Shown here in pieces: positions 35,853 to 45,782 of a stretch of 52,222 bases of DNA. The notes under the pieces are model-generated. The model saw nothing but the letters and a program-made list of their open reading frames with translations, did not search any database and had not been told where the DNA came from. Origin of the DNA: a virus. Lineage: Duplodnaviria; Caudoviricetes. The stretch lies in IMG/VR virus record IMGVR_UViG_3300043409_000384, positions 1-52,222 of that record, one strand, 5' to 3'. The position numbers were made by a program, and so were the translations under genes. Every line of letters starts with the position of its first letter. Position 1 is the stretch's first letter.

Positions 35853-36116
35853 TTAGTACATCAGTGCGGCCATCACAGCCCACTGTTCAAATGTGTTTAC
35901 GGCCTCGGTAAATTCAGCTTCTAATTCTGTATACTTTTGTGTTAATTTATTCCTACGCCTACAATGAACCATTTCTTTGTCCATTTTGGTGTAAATTTCT
36001 CTACAGTTTTTGTAGAACTTGTGCAAAGTGCTACGGGCACGAATGTCTTTGGTATGCGACACCGATGACAATAGTTGCTCTAATCGGGCAATATGTGCTT
36101 CGTGGTGTTGTTGCAT
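35853..36116 (-). CDS. Small hypothetical early protein
   Basis: ATG 8 nt after TTGACA-N17-TATAAT (36153-36125). Confidence 0.75.
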   Translation of the reverse strand: MQQHHEAHIARLEQLLSSVSHTKDIRARSTLHKFYKNCREIYTKMDKEMVHCRRRNKLTQKYTELEAEFTEAVNTFEQWAVMAALMY

Positions 36117-36183
36117 AAGTGCGTATTATACGATAAAAGCCAATACATGTCAAACCCATAAATACTACAATATAGGATGAAAC

Positions 36184-37323
36184 ATGGCTCGCTTATCGCT
36201 TTGGAAAGACGGACGACACTCAAACGATTATAAGTTCTTTGATCGCAGGATCAGTGAGATGTTTACCATGGGCGGAACCGGAATTTTAGTACACAAATAT
36301 TTAGGTACTAAAACACAAACCAACACTGGTGATCTAACACAACCCACATACTCAAATCAAAGTGAGAAGAACATACAGGACTTGTTGTTTGTAGAAAACC
36401 GCGATCGTAAGTATGAACCTGATGTTTACAAAATGCGGGGCATTTACACTCGTGCAGATCAAGACTTTGACCTAAGCCAATTTGGACTATTCCTACAGAC
36501 TGGTACCTTGTTCATGACCTTCCACATAAATGACATGATGGACACCATAGGTCGCAGACTCATGGCTGGTGATGTGTTAGAACTTGAACACTTAAAAGAT
36601 TATACTGCGTTAGATCAAGACGTGCCTGCCGCACTAAAACGATATTACGTCGTTGCTGATGCCAGTCTGGCTGCAGACGGCTTTACCCCAACTTGGTGGC
36701 CTCACCTGTGGCGTGTTAAAATCAATCCATTGGTAGACGGACAAGAATACAAAGACATCCTGGATCAAATTGTTGCTGGTACTGCCAATACCAAGACTAG
36801 CGATTTGATGAGTAGTTATAACACTTATATCAACATCAACAATACTGTGGTAGCACAGGCCGAAGTTGATGTTCCCGAGTCCGGCTACGATACCAGTAAG
36901 TTTTATCTAGAACCAGCATACGTTGGACAAACAGCCGACGGAGACACAACAGCCGACGATACTGCCACCGCTGACGATGCCACAATTGGTCCAATAGATA
37001 AAACAAAAGGTTATTTGGTTGGTGATGGTCTGGCTCCCAACGGCATGCCTTGCGGAGTTGGTATTGAATTTCCAACAGTTCACACTGAAGGCGACTACTT
37101 CTTGCGTACAGATTACTTACCCAACAGGCTATTTAGATTCAGCGGAAAACGTTGGTTGAATATCGAGTCGGTAAATAGAGCCAACTTGACACTGGGCTCC
37201 GACAGCGGTACCTTACGTAGTAGTTTTGTGAACAATACCAACACTTATACCAATATTGAAGGCGACACAGTTGACGAAAGACAATCGTTGAGCCAGGCCT
37301 TTAAGATACAGGCGGATAATTAA
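36184..37323 (+). CDS. Neck/head-tail protein (gp14-like)
   Basis: LSQFGLF, GDVLEL motifs; late TAAATA and AGGA upstream; next to a gp15-like gene. Confidence 0.6.
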   Translation: MARLSLWKDGRHSNDYKFFDRRISEMFTMGGTGILVHKYLGTKTQTNTGDLTQPTYSNQSEKNIQDLLFVENRDRKYEPDVYKMRGIYTRADQDFDLSQFGLFLQTGTLFMTFHINDMMDTIGRRLMAGDVLELEHLKDYTALDQDVPAALKRYYVVADASLAADGFTPTWWPHLWRVKINPLVDGQEYKDILDQIVAGTANTKTSDLMSSYNTYININNTVVAQAEVDVPESGYDTSKFYLEPAYVGQTADGDTTADDTATADDATIGPIDKTKGYLVGDGLAPNGMPCGVGIEFPTVHTEGDYFLRTDYLPNRLFRFSGKRWLNIESVNRANLTLGSDSGTLRSSFVNNTNTYTNIEGDTVDERQSLSQAFKIQADN

Positions 37324-38699
37324 TGAGTCAACAATATTTTTACGACAATCAAATACGCAGATTTCTAACACAATTTATCAGATTGGTGTCGGGATTTCAA
37401 GTTGAGTTTGGTCAGGCTGCAGATGGGTCGCGTCCGTTGCAACAAGTGCCGGTGTTATACGGTGATCCTAGTAGGCAAGCCGCGCAAATCTTGAAACAAA
37501 ACAGCGAAAATACATTGAACTCTGTGCCTGCCATGAGTGTGTACATCAGCAGTTTAGACTACGACCGAGAGCGTGTGCAAGACCCCACGTTTGTCGGTAC
37601 TATGAATGTTAGGCAACGTGCATATGATCCTGCCACTGGAAATTACCTGAGTACTCCCGGAGATGCATATACTGTTGAACGACTAATGCCCGTGCCGTAC
37701 AAACTAGGACTCAAACTAGATATATGGACCAGCAACACTGAACAAAAATTACAACTGATAGAACAGTTGGCACAACTTTTTAATCCTGGACTGGACGTTC
37801 AAAGCACTGATAATTATGTTGACTGGGGCAGTTTAACCCACGTTGAACTTAAATCAACTGTGTGGGATTCACGTTCAGTGCCGGCCGCAACAGATGAAAG
37901 TATTAGCATTGCTACCTTACAATTCGAAATGCCAATTTGGTTAAGTAGCCCGGCTAAGGTAAAACGTCTGGGAGTTATTACCAACATCGTCAACAACGTG
38001 TATGATGCCAATGGTGAGATCACCGATGACATTTTTACCGAATCTGACATCCTGTTTAGACAGGTAATTGTGTTACGCAACTACAGTTTATTATATATCG
38101 GAAACACCCTACGATTGATCAAACAACAACAGCGTACTACCTACGACATAGATCAAGGGCAGATATATGATGCCTGGGGCATAGTCAAATCCAAATATGG
38201 TGTAATCAGGAATGGTATTAGTGAAATACGATTACGTCACCCCAATGGCGTAAGTGAAGTTGTGGGCACCATTGCCGAGCACCCCACAGACGATACTATA
38301 ATGTTGTTTAACCCACATATTGATACCTTGCCCGCAAACAACCTGTCTGCAATTACTGCTATTATTGACCCCGAATCAATCAACGTTGATGACACCCAGT
38401 TACTGGCACCTAGTTCGGGCACAAGATATTTGCTCACCAACGCCATTGGCAGTTATAATAACAGTGAAAGCGCCGTTGCTTGGGGTACTAATCCTTGGTT
38501 TGTTGCCGACGCAAATGATATCATTGAATATACTGAAAGTGGATGGGTCGTCAGCTTTCATAGTCAGCAGGCAGTAGACTATGCTTTTGTAACTAACTTA
38601 ACAACTGGGGTTCAATATAAATTTAATCATAACGATGACACCTGGTCTAAGAGTGTTGAAGATTTATACGACCCCGGTAATTGGAGCCTTGTAGTTTGA
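37323..38699 (+). CDS. 15: Tail sheath stabiliser / tail terminator (gp15-like)
   Basis: YFYDNQIRR, VPVLYG, P.MS, YDRER, MPVPY, QLIEQL..LFNP. Confidence 0.8.
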   Translation: MSQQYFYDNQIRRFLTQFIRLVSGFQVEFGQAADGSRPLQQVPVLYGDPSRQAAQILKQNSENTLNSVPAMSVYISSLDYDRERVQDPTFVGTMNVRQRAYDPATGNYLSTPGDAYTVERLMPVPYKLGLKLDIWTSNTEQKLQLIEQLAQLFNPGLDVQSTDNYVDWGSLTHVELKSTVWDSRSVPAATDESISIATLQFEMPIWLSSPAKVKRLGVITNIVNNVYDANGEITDDIFTESDILFRQVIVLRNYSLLYIGNTLRLIKQQQRTTYDIDQGQIYDAWGIVKSKYGVIRNGISEIRLRHPNGVSEVVGTIAEHPTDDTIMLFNPHIDTLPANNLSAITAIIDPESINVDDTQLLAPSSGTRYLLTNAIGSYNNSESAVAWGTNPWFVADANDIIEYTESGWVVSFHSQQAVDYAFVTNLTTGVQYKFNHNDDTWSKSVEDLYDPGNWSLVV

Positions 38700-39160
38700 A
38701 TTTATCAAGTACGGGTGCATTAATATATTGCATCCAAACACATCGATATTTGTTTTTACTTAGGAACAGCAACCGACACTCAGGTAGTTGGGGAATTGTA
38801 GGCGGCAAAGTAGAAGAAGGCGAATCAGTTATACAAGCACTGCATCGCGAAATACAAGAAGAATTGGGTGGCGAAATTAAAGACGCTAAAATTATTCCCA
38901 TCGAACAATACACCAGCGACAATGATAAGTTTGTGTTTCACACTTATCTAATCAGTGTGGGTGAAGAGTTTATACCTGTGCTAAATCACGAGCACAGAGG
39001 ATATTGTTGGGTTCCGCTAGATGATCACCCTAAGCCACTGCATCCGGGTGTGTGGCGTAGTTTTAAGTTTACTGCTATTGTGGATAAATTACGAACTATG
39101 GAAACTGTATTATCCGATGTCGGCTTCGAGGACAAACTCTCTAAAAGTAATTTGTCTTAG
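38681..39160 (+). CDS. NUDIX hydrolase
   Basis: Nudix box GGKVEEGESVIQALHREIQEELG; start codon uncertain. Confidence 0.92.
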   Translation: MEPCSLNLSSTGALIYCIQTHRYLFLLRNSNRHSGSWGIVGGKVEEGESVIQALHREIQEELGGEIKDAKIIPIEQYTSDNDKFVFHTYLISVGEEFIPVLNHEHRGYCWVPLDDHPKPLHPGVWRSFKFTAIVDKLRTMETVLSDVGFEDKLSKSNLS

Positions 39161-39802
39161 GTTGACCTGAAATTTCCATGACTCGGGCATGTAGTATTCA
39201 GGAGTTGGTGTTACTCGAACAAAATCCACACTGGGATATAGTTCAAAAACCAGTTTCAAAGTTTTTTCGTAGAATGTATCATCACCTTGACGGCCGTCAA
39301 ATCCCATTAGATACACTTTTGAATGTCCATCAAAGCAGGCCAGATATACAGCAATAGTACCTGCGTTCCAACTGGGATCTTGCGGGATTAGATAAAACTT
39401 ACCAGGATGATCTAAAATTGGGTTGGCGTGTGCATAAACAATGTTGTTGTTGCAGTAACCAGATTGTACGATTTCATCGACTTCTTTGTTGTCAATAATT
39501 AAAAAATCCGGAGTGAATTCCTTGTATAGACCATTGGTTCCATAAGTCTGTAATTTGTCTGCGCCAAACAGGCCACCTTTGTGTGTGGCCAACAAATTGA
39601 TGTCAAATCCCTGGTATTCATGACGCCATTCTGCTCGTGAGCTGGCGCCAATTACTATGGCTTGACTGGTTGTGTGTATGTTGGTAATGGCATTAGGAAT
39701 CCATTCATACTTTGGTGTCCATTGGGAGTTTTTATAAGTCAATGTAGTAACTACATCTTCACCCGTGTATGATTCGCGGTATAATTTTTTAATAGTTTGC
39801 AT
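39110..39802 (-). CDS. Hypothetical protein, Maf/DUF115-like glycosyltransferase-related fold possible
   Basis: AIVIG.SSR, YGTN, TPDFL, NAGTIA, VYLMGFDG pattern. Confidence 0.5.
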   Translation of the reverse strand: MQTIKKLYRESYTGEDVVTTLTYKNSQWTPKYEWIPNAITNIHTTSQAIVIGASSRAEWRHEYQGFDINLLATHKGGLFGADKLQTYGTNGLYKEFTPDFLIIDNKEVDEIVQSGYCNNNIVYAHANPILDHPGKFYLIPQDPSWNAGTIAVYLACFDGHSKVYLMGFDGRQGDDTFYEKTLKLVFELYPSVDFVRVTPTPEYYMPESWKFQVNLRQITFREFVLEADIG

Positions 39803-39829
39803 CTTAGACGGCCCTTTGCTTAATACTAT

Positions 39830-41449
39830 TTATCGGTAAATGTTATCTTTAAGAAACTGATAGTGTGTAGGCAGTGTTTTAATGTGCTCTAGTACTTCAT
39901 CGCGGTGTTTTAACCAATTATCGTAAACAGGTTGGCGTATCGCTGGACTTTCGTTGACTTTACGGTCCTGGTAGCGTATAAAATTAGCTTCAATCGGGTT
40001 ATACCCCATACCTGCCGCAATGTAAATAATACCGCCCATGTTGTTGTCAAATTGCCGTGACCTATGCAATCTAAATCCCAAATCAGTTGAGCTTTTTACA
40101 TCGTGATCTAGTCCCGCAAGATTTATAGTGCTGTTCATTGCTCTCGAATACTTGGTCGAGCCTGATACTTCTTTCCAATAAGCAGTATCATTGCGTAGGC
40201 TTAGTGCATAGTGCTGACTAATAAAGTCTTTGAATCCCATGATCTGTTCTTGGAATCCGTAGTTAAACAAATCAACATCGTAGTCGCTAACAACACCGTC
40301 GCGCATCAACAATGTACTACACAGTTTAACAATGCCTTCGTGTGTCAACATCAGTCCTGTACTCTCCAATGGTTCTATAAAGCCATTGGCTAGACCAATG
40401 CCTACTACGTTCTTAACCCAGGCATGTTCGTGTACTCCGTGGCGTATTTTGATATGGCGGAACTCGCAAGCATCTGCACGATCAGCATCAGGAAACATCA
40501 TACGATTGCTTTTCAAATGCCGACGTAACTGTGCTTCTGCTTCATCCTCTGTGGCATGTTTGCTACTGTATACATATCCTGTGCCAATACGATTCCATAA
40601 TGGAATATTCCAAACCCAACCTGCTTCAATGGCGGTACAACTTGTGTAGTTTTCCATTTCTGCTTCTTGATCAATGTAGGGAATAACTGTGGCAACTGCA
40701 CGATCGTTTAGTAGCGTATCGTTGAAACTAATAAACGGTTCGTTTAGAGTTTGATCTAGCAGTATGCTTTTAAATCCCGAACAGTCAATAAACAAGTCTG
40801 CATGAACATGTTTGCCATCTTTGGTGATAATCTTTTCAACGCTGTTATCTTCACGCTGTACTACATGCTCTACTGTGTCTGTTAGATGTGTCATGCCCGC
40901 AGGTGAACAAACATTATCACGTAGCCAATTGCCAAACAGGGCCGCATCCATGTGATAAGCCGTGTCTTCGGCAAAGTTAAATCCACGCACACGATGATCT
41001 TCATTGCGTGTCATCTTGTTTTGATCTGTCATCAATATTGCATCATGATAAAACTCTGCAAAATTTTGTGGATCAATGGCAGGATTGTCTGCACGGGCCA
41101 AGAACCATTCCATTGGCCCACGTGGCTTGTCAGTAAAATCAAATATGCCAAACGGATAATGAAACTTGTGTGGTTCTTGTTTGGGATTCTCTCTAAAGTC
41201 AACAAACTTGATACTGGTCTTGTATGTGGCATTACATGCCGCCATCCAATCTTCATCTTGTAGCCCCAGCATGACTAAAAATTGATTGATGTGTCCGATT
41301 GTGCTTTCACCTACACCTATTGTGGGAATGACATCACTTTCTACCAGGGTAAGTTTAATGTTGGGGCAAAGACGTGTAATACCCGCGGCTGTCATCCATC
41401 CCGAGCTTCCCCCGCCAACAATACAAATTGATTTTACATTATGGTGCAT
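39830..41449 (-). CDS. Flavin-dependent tryptophan halogenase-family protein
   Basis: GGGSSGW, IGVGEST, ATYKTSIKF (catalytic Lys region), FIDCSGF, GWVWNIP, FIEPLESTG. Confidence 0.92.
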   Translation of the reverse strand: MHHNVKSICIVGGGSSGWMTAAGITRLCPNIKLTLVESDVIPTIGVGESTIGHINQFLVMLGLQDEDWMAACNATYKTSIKFVDFRENPKQEPHKFHYPFGIFDFTDKPRGPMEWFLARADNPAIDPQNFAEFYHDAILMTDQNKMTRNEDHRVRGFNFAEDTAYHMDAALFGNWLRDNVCSPAGMTHLTDTVEHVVQREDNSVEKIITKDGKHVHADLFIDCSGFKSILLDQTLNEPFISFNDTLLNDRAVATVIPYIDQEAEMENYTSCTAIEAGWVWNIPLWNRIGTGYVYSSKHATEDEAEAQLRRHLKSNRMMFPDADRADACEFRHIKIRHGVHEHAWVKNVVGIGLANGFIEPLESTGLMLTHEGIVKLCSTLLMRDGVVSDYDVDLFNYGFQEQIMGFKDFISQHYALSLRNDTAYWKEVSGSTKYSRAMNSTINLAGLDHDVKSSTDLGFRLHRSRQFDNNMGGIIYIAAGMGYNPIEANFIRYQDRKVNESPAIRQPVYDNWLKHRDEVLEHIKTLPTHYQFLKDNIYR

Positions 41450-42035
41450 AGTGTTCTGGTATATAATTAATTGTGATTACGATACGTCTATCATGTTGTT
41501 TGGGCATTGAGCTGGCATGAAACTGTTTGCCTTCAAATGCAAACAAACGACCCTTCTTGGGCGTGCAACGTTGTGCTACGGTAAAGTTGGTGCGCTTTAC
41601 ATAATCCAATACTGTTGTTTCTGACAATTCGGTTGTGTTCATGTCTTGTAGCGTTTGATCAAACAGTATGGTATCACCGTCGCTGTCATTCACATAGTAA
41701 CAGGCAGTTACGTGTGGCATTAAAAAATCCACATGCGGTGTGTTATAATCGTAAGTGGCTTCTGTATTCTTTGTTAACAAGCCAACCCGTATACGCAGTA
41801 ACTGATGTACACGATGACCCATTGCTTCTTCTATGCTGTATATAATTGGTTTAACAAAGGGATACCATTCGGTGGGTTCTTTACCAAAGTCTATTGCCAC
41901 ATGAACAAAGCCGGAGTTTGATCCATACGATTTATTTGTGACATCATGTATGTAGTACCACGGAAACTGTGTGCGGTTTATGTCAACTTCAATTTGGTCT
42001 GCATAACCTTGCGGAATTATTTTATCAAATATCAT
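41439..42035 (-). CDS. 2OG-Fe(II) oxygenase-like protein
   Basis: PHVD, YYVNDSDGDT, PKKGR..F.G..FHASS.P, RIVITIN. Confidence 0.85.
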   Translation of the reverse strand: MIFDKIIPQGYADQIEVDINRTQFPWYYIHDVTNKSYGSNSGFVHVAIDFGKEPTEWYPFVKPIIYSIEEAMGHRVHQLLRIRVGLLTKNTEATYDYNTPHVDFLMPHVTACYYVNDSDGDTILFDQTLQDMNTTELSETTVLDYVKRTNFTVAQRCTPKKGRLFAFEGKQFHASSMPKQHDRRIVITINYIPEHYAP

Positions 42036-43261
42036 TATACTTTTCTTAACTGTAGCGCACTGTCTATGTCTTGCATACCAAATGTACGTTCACATTCGTG
42101 ACAGTCCCAACATTGGTTACGACAAGTACGCAATATCTTTTCTAAACGCTGACCTTTATCTGTGCTCCAAATACCCTTGTAACCTTGCCAGGTTTTGCGC
42201 CAATTATCTTTGGTATATCGAGTGTCAATCCAACCAGGAACCCAATTATGTATAGGGCCTAGGTTGTTGTCCACAATTTCTTGAAAGTCATCGGCGTATA
42301 TAGTTTGTCCCACAAAAGAAAACGGCTGTTTAAATTTAGTATCATTGGTGTAATACCAGACCGCTTTCATATGCTCAACATCTTCTGCTTTAAACGGTAT
42401 AGATGTTAGACGACCCGAGTATTTGAATACATCCACCAGGTCACCAAATTCTTCAAATGTTTTACTTTGTCCTGCAACAATGTTGATGCCCGAGCGTGGT
42501 AGCTCTGCAAATTGTTCGTGATGTCTCCAACCGTTACAACTTAGGTCAGCAGGAGCACGAAAGTAGTCTGTGCCAATTACTTCACCAACGCTGTCATGTT
42601 CTTTCTTAAAGGGACAACTGTATATACAGGCTTCAGCTACCAATAAGATTGTTACAACCGGCTTCTTGGGATTCTTTGCATTAAGATGATCCTGAGCACG
42701 TCGAATCTTTTTCAATTCACGCAGGTTACGATTCAAGTTACGATCTAAATTGATTGAATTGTAACCCAAGTAAGCCATGTCGATAAACTGTTGTGCATCT
42801 CCAACAATTTGATTTACTGTACTTTTCCAACGCATATCAGGGCAACGCTGTTGTAACCACCCCATGCGTAATATGTGTTGACTGCTCATGGTACAACTAC
42901 GCAGGCCACGGTCATAGAAACTGCCAATCCATTCCACAAATTTTTCAGTAACAGCTGGATCAAATACCACTTCATGCGGCACTTCTAGTGTGTTAAATGT
43001 TAGTGATATTTCAACACCTAATTCTTCTTGAATCCGAAACAAGTAATCAATTTGTTCATCACTGGCTTCGACTCCCATGGGGTTGCCACAACGCTTTTGC
43101 TGGCCGTTGTACTCATAGTAAAAGTATTTGCCAAAGTAGATATCATGTATGTTGGCTAAAAATGCCGGCTCAGCATTTTTCATAATATGATAGTATGTTG
43201 ATGCATGGTCGTTGTGAAAACGATCGTAATGACCAATCGAAAAACGATTATTGAAATTCAT
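42035..43261 (-). CDS. Peptidase U32-like Fe-S protein
   Basis: STVN, NLDRNLNRN, EACIYSCP, FKYSGR, C-terminal CRNQCWDCHEC. Confidence 0.65.
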   Translation of the reverse strand: MNFNNRFSIGHYDRFHNDHASTYYHIMKNAEPAFLANIHDIYFGKYFYYEYNGQQKRCGNPMGVEASDEQIDYLFRIQEELGVEISLTFNTLEVPHEVVFDPAVTEKFVEWIGSFYDRGLRSCTMSSQHILRMGWLQQRCPDMRWKSTVNQIVGDAQQFIDMAYLGYNSINLDRNLNRNLRELKKIRRAQDHLNAKNPKKPVVTILLVAEACIYSCPFKKEHDSVGEVIGTDYFRAPADLSCNGWRHHEQFAELPRSGINIVAGQSKTFEEFGDLVDVFKYSGRLTSIPFKAEDVEHMKAVWYYTNDTKFKQPFSFVGQTIYADDFQEIVDNNLGPIHNWVPGWIDTRYTKDNWRKTWQGYKGIWSTDKGQRLEKILRTCRNQCWDCHECERTFGMQDIDSALQLRKV

Positions 43262-43273
43262 GTTAAACCTAAG

Positions 43274-43711
43274 TTAAATGTTGCCGTTTATCCTCTCGGC
43301 GTATGCAACGTTCCACGCATGAACTGTTGCTATATCATCTTTTGGAATTGCGGTTTTAATACTGGAAATGTGAGTCGCCCACGGCCCTGTATTACTTATC
43401 GTTCCTGTTGTCTGTATTTCTTTAAAAAGCATGTCTAGTTGATCACCGATTGGTTTGTAACCAATCGTTCTTGCTACTCTATATGCATTTTCTGCATAGC
43501 CCGGTACATCTAGTATGTTAAATTTTACCACGCTTGAGTTTGATCTAAAGTACTTGTCTTGACTTACAGTACCGTCTGGCAAATCTACCCATTCAAAGTC
43601 ACTGTGAACTTCAAATTCATTACCAGCCTGTACTATGTCACAGATTCTACCGTAGCCGGGTCCTGTGTTATCACCGTTGTCTGTGATGTGAATTAATCCT
43701 CTTAACGCCAT
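43274..43711 (-). CDS. Tail fibre assembly/chaperone-like protein
   Basis: R..GY.PIGDQLDMLF..W..HI..IK..IPK C-terminal pattern; follows the fibre-like genes. Confidence 0.6.
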   Translation of the reverse strand: MALRGLIHITDNGDNTGPGYGRICDIVQAGNEFEVHSDFEWVDLPDGTVSQDKYFRSNSSVVKFNILDVPGYAENAYRVARTIGYKPIGDQLDMLFKEIQTTGTISNTGPWATHISSIKTAIPKDDIATVHAWNVAYAERINGNI

Positions 43712-43723
43712 TTTGTTTTTCCT

Positions 43724-44452
43724 TTATGCATAACTATATACGATTACTATACCCGGGCGGCCATAATTACCCGCTGAGTGTCCACGACTTGTGTAACTTG
43801 CACCCCAGTCAGTGATATTACCTGATCCGCCTGAGCCTGGTGCTCCACCAACTCCGCCGTGTGCCGCGGCATCCACCCAACCTAAGTTGTTATGATTTCT
43901 AGTGTGGTTTGCCGGGCCGCCAAAATATCCCGACCCACCAAGTACCCCTGCAGGACATGATCCTACACTATTGATGTGTCCACAACCTGATCCACCTACT
44001 GCATGAACTGCTTGTCCGCTGGCACTGTTGCCGCCATGACCGCCACTGTGGCTATACTGTTGGTTAGCACCATATCCACCAATAGCACTTATATAACTGC
44101 CAAAACTGGTTGTGCCACCTTGGGCGGCTGATGTATAATAAACACAGTACGAGCCGCCGCCGCCCACTGTTACAGCCACCGTACCCACACCTGTAACATC
44201 GTATAATCCCTCGGCATAACAACCGGCGCCACCACTTTCGCAGTAGCCGGCACCGCCACCGCCACCACCAATTAATTTAACATGTACTTTTTTGGCGCCG
44301 GGATTAGTCCAGGTTCCGCTGGATCCAAATGACTCAACTTTAATAAGCTCGCCGCGGTCGGGACCTTTAGTATTCATACCGCCAGTGGGGTTTGTGGTTT
44401 GGCTAGTGCTGTCACTAAAAGTAATTCCACTTGATCCTAAAGTTACTGCCAT
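43724..44452 (-). CDS. Glycine-rich tail-fibre-associated protein, paralog 3
   Basis: MAVTLGSSGIT N-terminus; GGGGGG..ESGGAG; VTVGGGG; GGTTSFG. Confidence 0.8.
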   Translation of the reverse strand: MAVTLGSSGITFSDSTSQTTNPTGGMNTKGPDRGELIKVESFGSSGTWTNPGAKKVHVKLIGGGGGGAGYCESGGAGCYAEGLYDVTGVGTVAVTVGGGGSYCVYYTSAAQGGTTSFGSYISAIGGYGANQQYSHSGGHGGNSASGQAVHAVGGSGCGHINSVGSCPAGVLGGSGYFGGPANHTRNHNNLGWVDAAAHGGVGGAPGSGGSGNITDWGASYTSRGHSAGNYGRPGIVIVYSYA

Positions 44453-44461
44453 TTGATATCC

Positions 44462-45112
44462 TTATGTAAATGCATGTACTACGCAGGTGCCGCCGCACCC
44501 ACCAGTACCAGATCCGCCATCATTTGTTCTGCCACCGGTGGCCCCTGACCCAAATGCAGGACCAAAATTGCTTGGAGTGGTAGTACGATTCTGGCTACCC
44601 GGTCCACCAAAAAAGCTAGGTCCGCCACCTGATGGTTGACCGTGGCTGGCACTATTGCCGTGACCAGTGCCCGTACCACCATCTAAATTAATTTGTCCCC
44701 CGGATCCTGCACCACCATGTCCGCCACCGTGACTTTGATTATTATTTGCACCGTATCCGCCAGTGGCACTGATTAATGCGCCAAAGCTAGTGGTTCCGCC
44801 ACGGCCTGCTCCGGCGTAATAGCCAACTCCACCACCACCTCCGCCAATGGTTACTGCATAGGTTGCATTGGGGCTAACAGAAAAATATCCTTCAGCAAAT
44901 CCTCCAGCGCCACCTGATTCGTTATACCCTGCACTTCCGCCGCCCCCACCAACAAGTTGAACCAATATCGTAGTACAGTTACTGGGCACAGTATATGTGC
45001 CACCACTGGTAAATTGTGTAATACTAATAGGCATGCCCTTATCTGTATACGCAGATGTCTGTGCAGAACTATCTGCATAAGTAATACCACTTGATCCTAA
45101 AGTTACTGCCAT
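44462..45112 (-). CDS. Glycine-rich tail-fibre-associated protein, paralog 2
   Basis: Same N-terminus and Gly-rich motifs. Confidence 0.8.
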   Translation of the reverse strand: MAVTLGSSGITYADSSAQTSAYTDKGMPISITQFTSGGTYTVPSNCTTILVQLVGGGGGSAGYNESGGAGGFAEGYFSVSPNATYAVTIGGGGGGVGYYAGAGRGGTTSFGALISATGGYGANNNQSHGGGHGGAGSGGQINLDGGTGTGHGNSASHGQPSGGGPSFFGGPGSQNRTTTPSNFGPAFGSGATGGRTNDGGSGTGGCGGTCVVHAFT

Positions 45113-45121
45113 TTGATTTCC

Positions 45122-45781
45122 TTACGCATAAGCATATACCACCACCATACCACCAGAGGCTGTTTTACCTGAACCGGCGTTACTGGTTGTGCCTGAACTT
45201 GCGCCTGCTCCAGGCGCCCCTGATCCAATTTGTTCGCCACCTGAATGTCGTGTGCCAAAACCGCCTCCCCAATAACTGGGAACACCGCGTGGGCCAAAAG
45301 CACCCCATCCGTTGCCATGCCCGTGTCCGCCACCGCCACTGATCCATACGCTGCCTCCCGATCCTGAGCCACCAAATCCGCCTGTGTGACTGTAGTTGGT
45401 GTTGGCCCCGTGACCACCTGTGGCTGTACAATAAGATCCAAAACTACTGGTACCACCCGTGCCTGCTCCGGCGTAATAGCCAACTCCACCTCCGCCGCCA
45501 CCAATGGTTATAACGGCTGTTGTTCCTGCTGTAAACGGATCTATTAGAGCTTCGGAGTATCCACCTGCTCCGCCAGATTCAAAATGGCCGGCACTGCCAC
45601 CACCACCACCTTGTACTTTTACTAATACTTTTCTACAGTAGGTGGGTGCTGTGTATGTTGTGCCACTGGTATACGTGCTGATACTTAATAGTCGACCGTA
45701 ATCTGTATTTGAAGTGGGCGCTTTTACTTGTGTAGTTCCGTCACTATAAGTAATGCCGCTTGCACCTAATGTTACTGCCAT
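45122..45781 (-). CDS. Glycine-rich tail-fibre-associated protein, paralog 1
   Basis: Same N-terminus and Gly-rich motifs. Confidence 0.8.
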   Translation of the reverse strand: MAVTLGASGITYSDGTTQVKAPTSNTDYGRLLSISTYTSGTTYTAPTYCRKVLVKVQGGGGGSAGHFESGGAGGYSEALIDPFTAGTTAVITIGGGGGGVGYYAGAGTGGTSSFGSYCTATGGHGANTNYSHTGGFGGSGSGGSVWISGGGGHGHGNGWGAFGPRGVPSYWGGGFGTRHSGGEQIGSGAPGAGASSGTTSNAGSGKTASGGMVVVYAYA

Positions 45782-45782
45782 A

